A DNA stretch of 64,000 bases from NCBI GenBank assembly GCA_964016885.1, contig OZ024746.1:68448001-68512000 (forward strand), given 5' to 3'. This document shows positions 38,752 to 50,916 of this stretch, one piece after another; within the stretch, counting starts at the first letter, position 1, and each line of letters opens with the position of its first letter. Both the position numbers and the translations under genes were made by a program. Under the pieces are notes generated by a model. It worked only from the letters and a program-made list of their open reading frames with translations, made no database searches and was not told the DNA's origin. The stretch is from Eledone cirrhosa (Eukaryota).

Positions 38752-39055
38752 GGCAGTTGATGTGTTCGCACCGTTCGCCACCAAGACTTGGACCCCATAC
38801 TTGGACCCCATACTGCCGAACACCTCTACAAGATCGGAACGTCAGCAGCCCATCATAGGAAGGAGCCCCGTGAGGTAAGGTGGCTGCTGCAGCAGGTGTT
38901 GTTGGCCATTGTCAGCAGAAATGTTTTTGTGGTCTCGTCCGTGGGGTGCAGCCCCAACACTGCCACGCCATAGGCCTAGAGCCCATCACCCTCTCTCTTT
39001 CCCCTCCCATTCTACTGTAACCTTAGAGCCCTTGTCCCTCCCTTTCCTTTTTTAA
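38752..39055 (+). mobile_element. 3' fragment of a CRE-like (restriction-like endonuclease) non-LTR retrotransposon
   Basis: FAPFATKT/LGPHTAEHLYKIGTSAAHHRKEPREVRWLLQQVLLAIVSRNVFVV resembles the F.P.A.ETLG...EPRE..FL.QR.S.AI.RGNA C-terminus; GC-rich island with a 13-bp duplication. Confidence 0.55.
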
Positions 39056-39743
39056 ATATTTGCAGATTTGTTATTTGAAATAGATTTGAAATAGATTTCT
39101 GAAGAATCTGTTATGAGGCTAGACAGGTCAGGTGACCATATCTTGCCCATACAATCTTTTTTTACTTAGTTTTCTATGGTTAGATGCCCTTCCTACTGCT
39201 AAAGACATTTCAGCATGGACTGGGATTGTCTCTCATGGCACCAGCATTATCACATTACAGAGTGGACTGGGTGTTTTTTGTCATGTCACCAGTACGACCA
39301 CTTTACATGGTCAACTGGGTGCTTTTTGTTGTGGCACCAGTATAACCACCTTACAGGGTGGACTGAGTGATTCTTTTCATGGCACCAGTATGACCACTTA
39401 CAGGGTGGAGTGGGGCTTTTGTCAGTGCAGATATGACTATCTTCTAGTTTGATCTTTTGTATAAAGTCTGACATTTAGATGCTTTCAAAGAAAAGCTGTT
39501 CCTTATTTAGAAAAGTAGGCACGCACACCCACCCACACCCACACACACACACACACATACACAGATCATGTACAAGAAGCAAGAGAAATAGAATGAAGGA
39601 AAGAAAGAAAAATAGGAAGGAAAAGAAGAATGAAAGAAAGGAAAAAAGAAAGAACAAAAAAAAGGAAAAAGAAAACAAGAATGAAAGCAAGCAAGCAAGA
39701 AAGAGTTACTTCCACTCCCAATATTTGTCCTATTAAGGTTAAT

Positions 39744-39928
39744 TATTTCTACTTTTGGCACAAGGCCAGCAATTAACCAGTGCATTACTGGTACTTTATT
39801 TTATCGACCCCGTAAGGATGAAAGGCAAAGTCAACCTCGGCGGGATTTGAACTCAGATCGTAAAGGGACGAAACTATGCTGGAAAGCATGGCGTCCGACC
39901 CTCTACCGATACTGCCAATCCACCGCCC
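39744..39928 (-). mobile_element. SINE family 2, full length with 20-bp TSD
   Basis: TSD TTTGTCCTATTAAGGTTAAT at 39724 and 39929. Confidence 0.9.
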
Positions 39929-40334
39929 TTTGTCCTATTAAGGTTAATATTCTCTCTTTCTCAATTTTTTTTATAAAATATCATCAATATTGAAAAAGTA
40001 CAAGATTTAGTTTTGAATGTAATATTTGATAGAATGAAGTTGAATAAACCTCCCTACTCACTCATATTGAGGCAGAATTAGTAGCCCTTATGAGTGATCA
40101 CTGAAATTTGGAATGGCTATTCCTACACATCTCCCTCGCCAGCCTCCAGGGCAAGGCTTTCTCCATTCTGTTTGGTGTGACCATGAAGTGCCCAGTGCCT
40201 GAGATGTCATGCCTGCCAGAGTGTGCTCTCCCACACTATTCAGGCCCATATGTTTGAGCACACTTTTGGGACATAAAGCAACAAGATGCTGGAGAATAAT
40301 GTTTAACCATCACAATATATATATATATATATAT

Positions 40335-40502
40335 ATCGTTTCTGAATTTGTTTAGCAAGGTTCTTTATCTGAAAACGTGTGTTGAAACCGATATTGTTAT
40401 ATTTTGGGAGGGTCATGTTGCCAATAAGAAACACACAATAAGAAAGCAATTGGTGCATGTGTTTCTTATTGGCAACATGACCCTCCCAAAGTATAAGAAT
40501 AT
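40335..40502 (-). mobile_element. Short fold-back copy of family A (no ribozyme retained)
   Basis: Same two termini as 1866-2424 with arms cut to ~45 bp; (AT)n flanks. Confidence 0.85.
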
Positions 40503-40524
40503 ATATGTATATATATAAATATAT

Positions 40525-42215
40525 AAAAGTACCACAGACGCTCTTTTCATTGTACGACAACTACAGGAGAAGTACCTAGCTAAAAGTAAACCCCTATACT
40601 TAGCTTTTGTTGATTTGGAGAAAGCCTTTGACAGAGTCCCCCGCTCCATTATCTGGTGGGCTCTTAGAAAACTAGGTGTTGATGAATGGCTTGTGAAAGC
40701 TATACAAGCCATGTATAAAGAAACAGTCAGCAAGGTTAGAATTAACAACGAATATAGTGAAGAGTTTAGCGTAAAAGTTGGTGTTCATCAGGGCTCCGTT
40801 CTTAGCCTCCTACTATTTATTATTGCCCTTCAGACTATAACAGAGGAGTTCAAGACCGGCTGCCCATGGGAAATCTTATACGCAGATGATCTAACGCTCA
40901 TAGCTGAATCAATGGCTGAACTAGAGAAGAAATTCCAAACATGGAAGCATGGCCTAGAATCAAAAGGCCTTAAAGTTAACTTGTCTAAGACTAAAGTTCT
41001 AGTTTGTAGGAAGGAAAATAGGGCACCGGTCCCATCTGGGAAATGGCCATGCTCAGTGTGTAGGAAAGGAGTAGACAGAAACTCCATTTTAAGTCCCAAA
41101 TACAAAGTATGGGTGCATAAAAGATGTAGTGGGATCACAGGTAAGCTAACTAAGAATATAGATTTTATATGTGGCCGGTGCTCTGGTGCAATAAGTAGCA
41201 GCAAGTGCCCATTGAATACTAGCTCATTCCATTTCACAGATAGTTCTATAGAAATAGTGGACACCTTCCGTTACCTGGGTGACAAAATCAGCAGTGGGGG
41301 AAGGTGCTCTGAAAGTACAGTAGCTAGAGTCAGAACGGGATGGAAAAAGTTCAGAGAGCTTATACCACTATTGGCCGCTAAAGGGTTCTCTCTAAAAATG
41401 AAAGACAGGCTGTATGATGCCTGCATACGAACAGCAATGTTACATGGCAGTGAGACCTGGGCATTGTGTGCAGAGGATATACGCAGACTGGAGAGGAATG
41501 AAGCTTGCATGCTCCGCTGGATGTGTAATAGTAATATACGTGAACGGCAAAGCATAAATGAACTAAGGGAGAAATTAGGAATAAGAGGGATCAGATGTTG
41601 TTTACTCAAGAGAAGACCATGTTGGTACGGTCACGTGATGTGCATGAAAGACGACAGCTGTATAAAAACGTGCAGGTCGATAAAAATAGACGGTAGCCTC
41701 GGAGTAGGCAGACCCAGAAAAACCTGGGACGACTTGATAAATTCCGACCTCACACACTTACACCTCTCCAAGACAATGTCACTGGACCGAGATCTTTGGG
41801 GCTACACAGTAATACAAAAGACCCGCCTTGCCTAAGTACAAAGCGAAACCTACAGCCAGTAGGCACCTCTAACAAAAATACACCCCTGTCCCACTACCCC
41901 CACCCCATCCACACCACCCCCTTCAATGTGAAGTTATGTTGGTACCACAACATCCAGTCGGAAATAAATGAGGTCGTGTAGGTGTCACGACAAAAAAACA
42001 CACAGTCCACGCTGTAATGTGGCCGTGTAGGTAACACAGTAAAAACTTCCCAGTCCACACTGTAAACGTGGTTGGTGTTAGGAAGGGCATCCAGCCGTAG
42101 AAAACCCGCCAGACAGTCCTATACGAGCAAGACAACCAATCTTGCCTCAAGTGGGAAAACTACCGTCCAAACCCATACAAGCGTGGAAGATGGACATTAA
42201 ACGATGATGATGATG

Positions 42216-42217
<2 letters not shown>
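40525..42217 (+). mobile_element. Second 5'-truncated RTE LINE of the same family as 28912-31077 (ORF 40615-41835)
   Basis: High identity to 29365-31077; YADD intact; PHD CPKC mutated to SPKY; (GAT)n tail; (AT)n on both sides. Confidence 0.95.
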
Positions 42218-42259
<42 letters not shown>

Positions 42260-42527
42260 TAAGTCGTGTACCAAAGCATTAAAAACAATTTCATATACAT
42301 GTACATTGTATTGTATTAATAACAAAAATTATATTGAAATAACAAAGGGAACATTTTCATCATCTCACCATCTGTAATTTTAAGGAACTGATTGAATCCA
42401 ATAGTTGACATTTTGCACCACAGATCACACTTTTCGTGTGCAACTTAAGGCCCACCCTGTATAATTAGTTACAACACTGACATATACAGTGACTTAAGTT
42501 TCATTGGACTAAATAACCCAAATTTGT

Positions 42528-42558
<31 letters not shown>

Positions 42559-42654
42559 ACGAAGGAAATGTGGTAAGGAACCAGATGGACCATAACGCAC
42601 CAGAGTACTCAATACTTTGGGTAGTAGATCTGCCGTCAGGGTCCTGACTCTTTT

Positions 42655-42743
<89 letters not shown>

Positions 42744-42901
42744 CCTTGCAAGCAGGGAAAAGCGGACGTAAAATGATGATGATGATGATGATGATGATAT
42801 ATGTTTTAGGTAGTTCCAAAGAAAAAGCAAAGAGAAAAAGAGTGCTCTATGTATAGAACTGAGCTGTTTAATTAGAAAGTGAACAACACAATATATAACT
42901 A

Positions 42902-42970
42902 CTCCATTACCAAAGGTTTCAGGGCCCTAGACAATATTAATATACGTACTAGATCGTTCATCAGACAGAG
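42902..42970 (-). ncRNA. Type-I hammerhead ribozyme (family H) within fold-back 42882-43016
   Basis: CTCTGT-CTGATGA-ACGAT-CTAG...CTAG-GGCCCT-GAAA-CCTTTGG-TA-ATGGAG; inverted arms 42882-42923 / 42976-43016. Confidence 0.65.
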
Positions 42971-43063
42971 ATGTCCTAAAACCTTTGGTAATGGAGTATT
43001 TATATATTGTGTTGTTTACCTAATATATATATATATATTGACCATGATGACTGGAAAAATAAT

Positions 43064-43178
43064 TGTTTCTACTTTAGGCACAAGGCCAGCAATTACCCAG
43101 TGCATTACTGGTACTTTATTTTATTGACCCCGTAAGGATGAAAGGCAAAGTCAACCTCGGCGGGATTTGAACTCAGAG
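43064..43178 (-). mobile_element. 5'-truncated SINE family 2 copy
   Basis: TSD ATGACTGGAAAAATAAT at 43047 and 43179. Confidence 0.85.
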
Positions 43179-45430
43179 ATGACTGGAAAAATAATGTGAG
43201 GCTAACACTCTTGGAGCTACATCTGGGTCTATAACACAAAACTATTTATAGCATAATGTTTATCATCATCATTTAATGCCCACTTTCCCTATTAGCAAGG
43301 GTTGGATGGGTCTACAGACACCAAGTTAGAACTGAAGCAGAGAGCTACTGACCTCCCAGATAGGCCGGGATAGTCAATATCTCATGTACGGTCTTACACT
43401 TTCAAGGGCCCAGGGAGGGGTCATGTCTTTGACACAACTGAACGTCTTCCCAACCCTTTGTTTGGCAAGCTTTCCAACATTCCATCATAAATCTTTGTAA
43501 AAAAAACCTTCCTTATGTTATGTTCTAAATACTAGATAAATGATGGAAAAGTTAGTTAATTTAATAATTCTTGATTATTTTCAAAAATACTTGAATATCA
43601 TAGACAGTGTCTTTCAATAGAAACATGGTATTGAAAGGATTAAATAATGTTGTGGATATTGTTATTTAGTCCTATGTCAGCACTGATCAAGCAGATCTAT
43701 GATCTATTTTAACTATAATCAAGCTGTATTTTTTTTACCAAGCATTAAATAGTATGTCTTTTCTTTTTAAGATAGATGGAAACATGGTTGTGTGGTTAAG
43801 AAGTTTACTTTGTAATGGTTTGGGGTTCAATCGCAACATGTGCAACATACAGTAAGTATCTTCTTCTGGAGCCAAAAGTCTTGTATAAATGAAATTTGGT
43901 ACACAGAAACTGTATGGAAGCTCGTCAGAAGGACCATTGAATTGTAAACTTAGTCTGTCACCTGATTTAACACAACAGCATGGCCCTTGGATACCTTTAA
44001 TGAAACATACTCTGTTGCAAGCTTTCAGATTGGGTATCTAGTATGGGGATAACTTTCTCCCTTTGTCCAGTCTCAGAAGCCCTGAAAAGGGCCATGGGTA
44101 CTGGTCTTCCTTCTTTAACCTCAAAACAAACGAAAATTCATGGGGTGTGATTTGAAGGCGACTTGGTTGCTATTTCTAGCAGGTTGAGTTTTCATCTAAA
44201 AGTCACCACAGATTTTAATAATGTTAAAATAACATTAATAACAAATTACTAATGAACTAACAAGGAAGCTATTACCTGTTCACTTAATGTGCTAGAAATA
44301 ATAGCTAAATCTCTCTCAAATCACACCCTACCAGTTGTTTTTATACTGAGCTAACAAGGGAGCTTCTACATAGCCACTGGATTTGCTAAAAATAGTAGCT
44401 AAATCTCTTTCAAATGATACCTGACTATCTTAAAGATAATGCACCAGATTATATAATCCTGAATTCTCTGTATGTAGGGAAATGATGAGGTGGTCATGAG
44501 TGGAAAGCCTTTAATCATAGGTCTGTTTGAGCAGGCCTAACCTGGAACTAAACAGTAAGAAATCTACTTTCACTTTTAAATGACAGTTCATAACTTTTTT
44601 TTTATTTTACTCCCAGAAAATGTTTTTGAGTATCACTGTATCTATGTGTAGACTCCTAACTCCTGATAGAGTTGTAGGGGTGCCATATTGACATATGGCA
44701 TTTCTTGGGGATCTCCTCTCCTGACTGAAAATGATAATGAGTGAAAGAAAGGAAATAAGAAAAAGATGTAGAGGAAGAATCAACCCCAGTACTTGACTGG
44801 TACTTTTTTTATCAACCTTGAAAAGATGAAAGGCAAAGTTGACATCAACGAGATTTGAACTCTGGCAATTCACTGCCTATTTTGAGTGTCACTAGAATAA
44901 GAAAACGAAAAAAAGAGTTGAACTAATAAAAGTGCTTCTACATGGCTACTTAACCTGCTAAAAATAGCAGCCAAATAAAAAAAAAAAACAACATGGGCGA
45001 TGTAGTTCTAGATGTCTCCAAAATGTCAGGATGGTCATGGTTGGAACATTTTTCATCATATTTATATACAATCAGAAAATACCTAGGGCTTACATCATTA
45101 TGGCACAAAAAAGAAAACTATATGACAAGGATCTTAAAACAAATTTACGTCTTTTAGTGGAGTTTAGTGTATTAGGATGCATATTACTGTGTATATACGT
45201 ATGTGAGAGAGGAAAAAGGAGAATATGTATGTGTATATGTGTGTGAATTTGTGTGTGTATATATTTGTGTATGATCCAGTGGATGTGTCGGTGAAAAAGG
45301 GTGTGCATTTATGTGAGTGGGTGTGTCTGTAAAAAATGATTGTGAGTGTGTGTGTGTGTGTGTGACTAGTGAGCAAGCAAATGTGTGTATGTGCAAATGT
45401 TTTGGTGAGACTATATCTATATATGCATAT

Positions 45431-45479
<49 letters not shown>

Positions 45480-46510
45480 ATATATATACATTTGTGTGAT
45501 TGTGTCTTTGTAGGAATAGTTGTACAGATGTGTGTGTGTAGGTATGTGTGTGTGTATGAGAAGGAGACTGGTTATGTGTCTGTGTATAAATACATGTGTG
45601 TGTGAGTGTATACAGAAATATGTGCCAACATATATGTGTATTTACATATTTGTGTATCTTGTATTTGTATATAGGCATATATGACTGTATATGTATGTGT
45701 GAGGAGGAGTATGTGTGTGTGTGTGTGTGTGTGTATGTGTGTGAGCACGTGTGTGTGTATATTTTCACCTTTGCATATGCGAATATGACTGTTACATTGT
45801 CTATAAGACTGACAGTGTAAGTGAAAAGGGGGTGTGTCAGTGTATATGTATGTCAGTAAGTGAGTGTGCATATATGTGTGAGTATGTGTATGTACATGTC
45901 AGTAAACTGGTCTGGAAATGACGGGGAGACAAATGATGCCAGTGGACACATATCTAAACTGTTATTCTCCTAAGCAGGATGAAATACAAGGGCTAGGATT
46001 GTTTTAAGTTATAGTAGACACTGTAAAAATGTTGTCAGGTGTCCCCTTACAATTTCGTGCAAAGACTTAAATGAATATTGGATTGATTTGCAGGTAAGTG
46101 GTCTGCTGTAGAATTTTTTCCCTTTCACTGTGAGTGGGGTGGGGGTGGGGAAGCTTCCAGAAAAAAAAAACAGAATAAAGAATAAAAAAAAATAGCATAT
46201 GTGAAACATATTTAAAAAAGCATTTAAAAAAGAAACTCATGTCCATAATTCCTTTAAAAATAATAAGGGTTATTTATTAATTTTAATTTTAATTTTTTTT
46301 CCTTTTTTTTATATTGTTGGTTTTGTTACATTAATAATTTCTTTGATAAAACATTTAGAAGAAAAAAAAAGAGAAAAGCTGTGTGTTATATTATATAGTG
46401 TATCAATTGAAAGTGAACTTTTACAATTGTAGGTTATTTCCTAGTGTGAAATATATTTAAAAATATATATGTATGTATATGTATGTACATGTATATATGT
46501 ATGTATGATA

Positions 46511-46567
<57 letters not shown>

Positions 46568-46920
46568 CTGTTTATGCGTATATATATATATATATATGTA
46601 TATGTATAAATATATATGTATATAAATATATATATATATGTATAAATGTATATGTATATAAATATATATATATAGTATAAATATATATATAGTATAAATA
46701 TATATATATAGTATAAATATATATATATAGTATAAATATATATATATAGTATAAATATATATATATATATATATAGTATAAATAAAGTTTCACACACTTA
46801 ACATGTATGTGTTGTGTAACCATTGGTTTCAGGGACCCATTATGGCCCCCACTCTATCGTGGAGGAGGCTCTTCCGAACTCATCGAGCACTCAGACAAAA
46901 ATACGATAAACGAAACTCAC

Positions 46921-46969
<49 letters not shown>

Positions 46970-47053
46970 ATTATCAACAACAAATATTTCAAGAAAATAT
47001 CTATATATATCATCATCATTATCATCATCATCATCATCAAGAGAATGTTAAAA

Positions 47054-47089
<36 letters not shown>

Positions 47090-47103
47090 ATGTATAGATG
47101 TGC

Positions 47104-47141
<38 letters not shown>

Positions 47142-47229
47142 TGTGTGTGTGTGTAAATATAGAGACAGTTGACAACATAGATTTTCTGGATCAAACAGCT
47201 GACACCTAAGATACAACACTCCTTCCTAC

Positions 47230-47315
47230 CTGTGGTTCTGTAACTCCTGTGGATGTGAGCGATGTCGGTTTGGGGACAAACACTGGCACCTTTTACCAGA
47301 ATGTTGGTTGCCCAT
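47230..47315 (-). CDS. Candidate first coding exon MGNQHSGKRCQCLSPNRHRSHPQELQNH (possible N-myristoylation signal)
   Basis: Acceptor TTTCTCAG at 47375, ATG in AAATCATGG context, donor CAG|GTAGGA; unique CpG-containing sequence; no homology recognised. Confidence 0.3.
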
Positions 47316-47525
47316 GATTTCTCGGCATTTATAGATCCAGAAACTTAAGATTCAATGGATTGATTGAACATAGACTGAGAAACATATTCAACATTTATCC
47401 GTAAGCTTGCCTTGACTTTTTTTTTCTTTTTTTTCATCTATGTATCTAATTGCATACTATTATCTCAAAACTGATGTTTGTTATACTTGGGGTATTGTGG
47501 TGGTCTCTCTCTACACACACACACA

Positions 47526-47566
<41 letters not shown>

Positions 47567-47707
47567 GGATACATGCACTATAATTGAACACATGGGCATG
47601 TGAGTGCAAACATGCATGTGATATCATTTGGAATGAACACACATACACACATGATATAGTTGTAGGAGGAGATTGAGAAAAGAATGAATGAATGAATACT
47701 GATGTTT

Positions 47708-47708
<1 letters not shown>

Positions 47709-47806
<98 letters not shown>

Positions 47807-47830
47807 GAAGGAAGAAAGAAAAAGAAAGAA
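47709..47830. repeat. (AAAG)n microsatellite
   Basis: Direct reading. Confidence 0.95.
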
Positions 47831-49080
47831 AACAAGGAAAATTTTACAATATATATAATGAAAGAGAGTAGCTAAAAAAAAAATTAATTAAAATAATATA
47901 AAAGTGAAATACTAATTTTAAGATATGATAAAACAGAGGCTAATAACATGGTTTTGGTATTAAATTAAAAAAATATGGGTGGGTGGGGTAAGGTAGAGAA
48001 GAGAAATACAAATTTAAGAAGTATGGAGAATTCTTTTCATGCTGTCATAAGAACTTCCCAAAGAATAAATAAATTTTTTAAAGGAACTTAGTTGATGTAT
48101 ACTGGACTTATTGAAGTGATAAAAAAAAACATAAGATGACTTAAAAATTAAAACTGTTGCTATTGTTGGTGTATAGCGTATATGTATCTATATATATATA
48201 TCTATAGTTTTATATATACGTATGTTTGTATATATGTGTGTGTATGTGTGTGTGTGCATTTATGTTTCTGCGCATGTGTGTGTGCATGTTGCGTGTTTTG
48301 TTTTTTTTTTGTGTTTTATGTTTGATGTTATTGATGTTGCTATTGTTGTTGTTTTAGTCAAGTATATATATGTGTGTACGATGCTGTCTCAGTGCAGTCG
48401 TCATCCCCCCAACAACAACTTCTACTGACTGCAAGTCAGAGCAAACACATGCACATAAAACAGTCGAATCACACATGTTCCCTCTCTCTCTTTCCTCGTC
48501 CTCCTGCTTCTCTCATTCTCTCTTTCTCTCCATCTCATTCTTTCTCTTCTCAACTTCTTCCTCTTTCTAGTTTTCAGTGATATCAGCATCGTCTTTCCCA
48601 ACTTCTTATTCTCCCTCCTCTCCTCTCCTCTCTACCCACTATACTTCTTCCCTCATCACTTCTTCCCTCCCCATCCGTCTCCTACTCCTATTCATCCTCC
48701 TCCTCCTCTTCCACCACCACCAACTGTCACCCCTCCATCACCTCCATCAACAACAGCAGCAGCTGCAGCAACAACGGCAGCAACAGCAGCATCAGCAGCA
48801 GCAGCAATCCAACGTTTGTTAATTTAGTTTTACTGTTAGACATGATGCTAACGCAACATTACATTCCGACCGATGCCGCCACCTACAATACTATCAGCAT
48901 TCACCCACACACACCCCAGCTCTCCATGCATGACCATCACTGATGTCAGTGTTGATAGTGGCAACACCATCAGCAACAATTGCAGTAGTAAAAGAAGATG
49001 AATTTGTCATTTTGGCACAAAGTTAGCAATTTTGAGGGGAAGGAAAAGTTGATCACATCAACCCCAGTACTTGACTGGTA

Positions 49081-49763
49081 CTTTTATTTTAAGGAGCTGG
49101 AAAGGATGAAAGGCAAAGTTGACTTGGGTGGGACTTGAACTCAGAAAGTAAAGAACTAGAAGAAATACTGCTAAACATTTGTCTGATGCTCTACCGATTC
49201 TGTCAATCTACTGCCCTCAGTAAAAGAATTATGTATGTATGGCCCCGTAACTCCTTATGGAGACGTAGGGATGTTGTATTGACATACAGCATTTCTTGGA
49301 TATTTTAAGCCTGGCAGAGCCTATTCCTCTCCAGGCCTGAGTACAGCAGATTTCTTCCAAAGCAAGATAGAAAGTGAGAAAGAGGAAATGAGAAAGAGAT
49401 ATAGAGGAAGAATTGACCCCAGCTTTTATTTTAAGGAGCTGGAAAGGATGAAAGGCAAAGTTGACTTGGGTGGGACTTAACTCAGAAAGTAAAGAACTAG
49501 AAGAAATACTGCTAAATATTTGTCTGATGCTCTACCGATTCTGTCAATCTACTGCCCTCAGTAAAAGAATTATGTATGTATGGCCCCGTAATTCCTGATG
49601 GAGACATAGGGATGTTGTATTGACATACAGCATTTCTTGGGTATTTTAAGCCTGGCAGAGCCCATTCCTCTCCAGGCCTGAGTACAGCAGATTTCTTCCA
49701 AAGCAAGAGAGAAAGTAAGAAAGAGGAAAGGAGAAAGAGATATAGAGGAAGAATTGACCCCAG
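49081..49763. repeat. 342-bp tandem duplication of adjacent SINE family 2 segments
   Basis: 49081-49422 matches 49423-49763. Confidence 0.9.
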
Positions 49764-49923
49764 TACTAGACTGGTACTTTTTTTATTGACCTCGAAAGGA
49801 TGAAAGGCGAAGTTGACCTCAGCGATATTTGAACTCAGAGAGCAGATAGCCAGAACTAATACCATAAAACATTCTATCTGACATTCTAACAATTCTGCCA
49901 ATTCACCACCTTAGAATAATAAT

Positions 49924-50106
49924 TGTTTCTACTTTTGGCACAAGGCCAGCAATTACCCAGTACATTACTGGTACTTTATTTTATCGACCCTGTAAGGATG
50001 AAAGGCAAAGTTAACCTCGACGGGCTTTGAACTCAGACCATAAAGGAACGTAACTATGCTAGAAAGCATGGCGTCCAACTCTCTACCGATACTGCCAATT
50101 CACCGT
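49924..50106 (-). mobile_element. SINE family 2 copy inserted at the head of an older SINE
   Basis: TSD CCTTAGAATAATAAT at 49909 and 50107. Confidence 0.85.
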
Positions 50107-50744
50107 CCTTAGAATAATAATGGTTTCTAATGTGAGGATAATGCTAATAATTCATAGGTTTATATCGACCTTGGTACTTGGCTGGTATTCTATTTTATCA
50201 ACTCCCCAAAATCATAAAAGGTAAAGTTGACCATAGTAGGATTTGAACTCGGAACGTAAAGAGAGGAGGCCCATAACTAAATAATTTTTTTAAGTTAATA
50301 TAAAGAATGATGTGCTCATGTGTGGAGATGCTATAAAATAGCTTATAAAATAGAGGGAAGACCCTATTTTATCAGAAAAAGAAGTGGCCATTGACCACTA
50401 TGAGGAATCGAACACTATATCTCCTAGATACCTCAACAGCCCAGTTAATGGACACATCATAAAAAAGTGTAGAAAGATGTTCCAATTTTTTTTTTTTTTT
50501 TTTGGTAGAGGTGAATAAAACAGAGAATGGGGTGAGCAAATATTTTAAATATTTTTTTTTGAAACTTATCAATTTTTTTTAATTACATAAATTAATTAAA
50601 TTAATATATCAACACAGATATAATTAAAGGAATTTTAATTTAATGAAAAGTGCATGAAACATTCCGAGTCAGTGGATGAGAGGATGAGATTGGAAAATTA
50701 AGGAATGAAATGTATAAGACAGATTATAAGACGTATTATTCTGA

Positions 50745-50916
50745 GTATCGGTAGAGCGTCGGACGCCATGCTTTGCAGCAAAGAGTTACGGCCCTTTATC
50801 GTCTGAGTTCAAATCCCGCCGAGGTTAACTTTGCCTTTCATCCTTACGGGGTCGATAAAATAAAGTACCAGTAATGCACTGGGATAATTGCTGGCCTTGT
50901 GCCAAAAGTAGAAACA
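50745..50916 (+). mobile_element. SINE family 2 copy, slightly 5'-truncated
   Basis: TSD ATTATTCTGA at 50735 and 50917. Confidence 0.85.

Noticed and set aside
46037-46099. Plus-strand exon ending at CAG|GTAAGT
   Set aside because: Strong donor, but no convincing acceptor or partner exon; it conflicts with the equally weak minus-strand candidate.
48577-48880. PolyQ ORF (+) and poly-Leu signal-peptide-like ORF (-)
   Set aside because: Both derive from a CAG/CAA repeat; no supporting splice structure or homology could be established.
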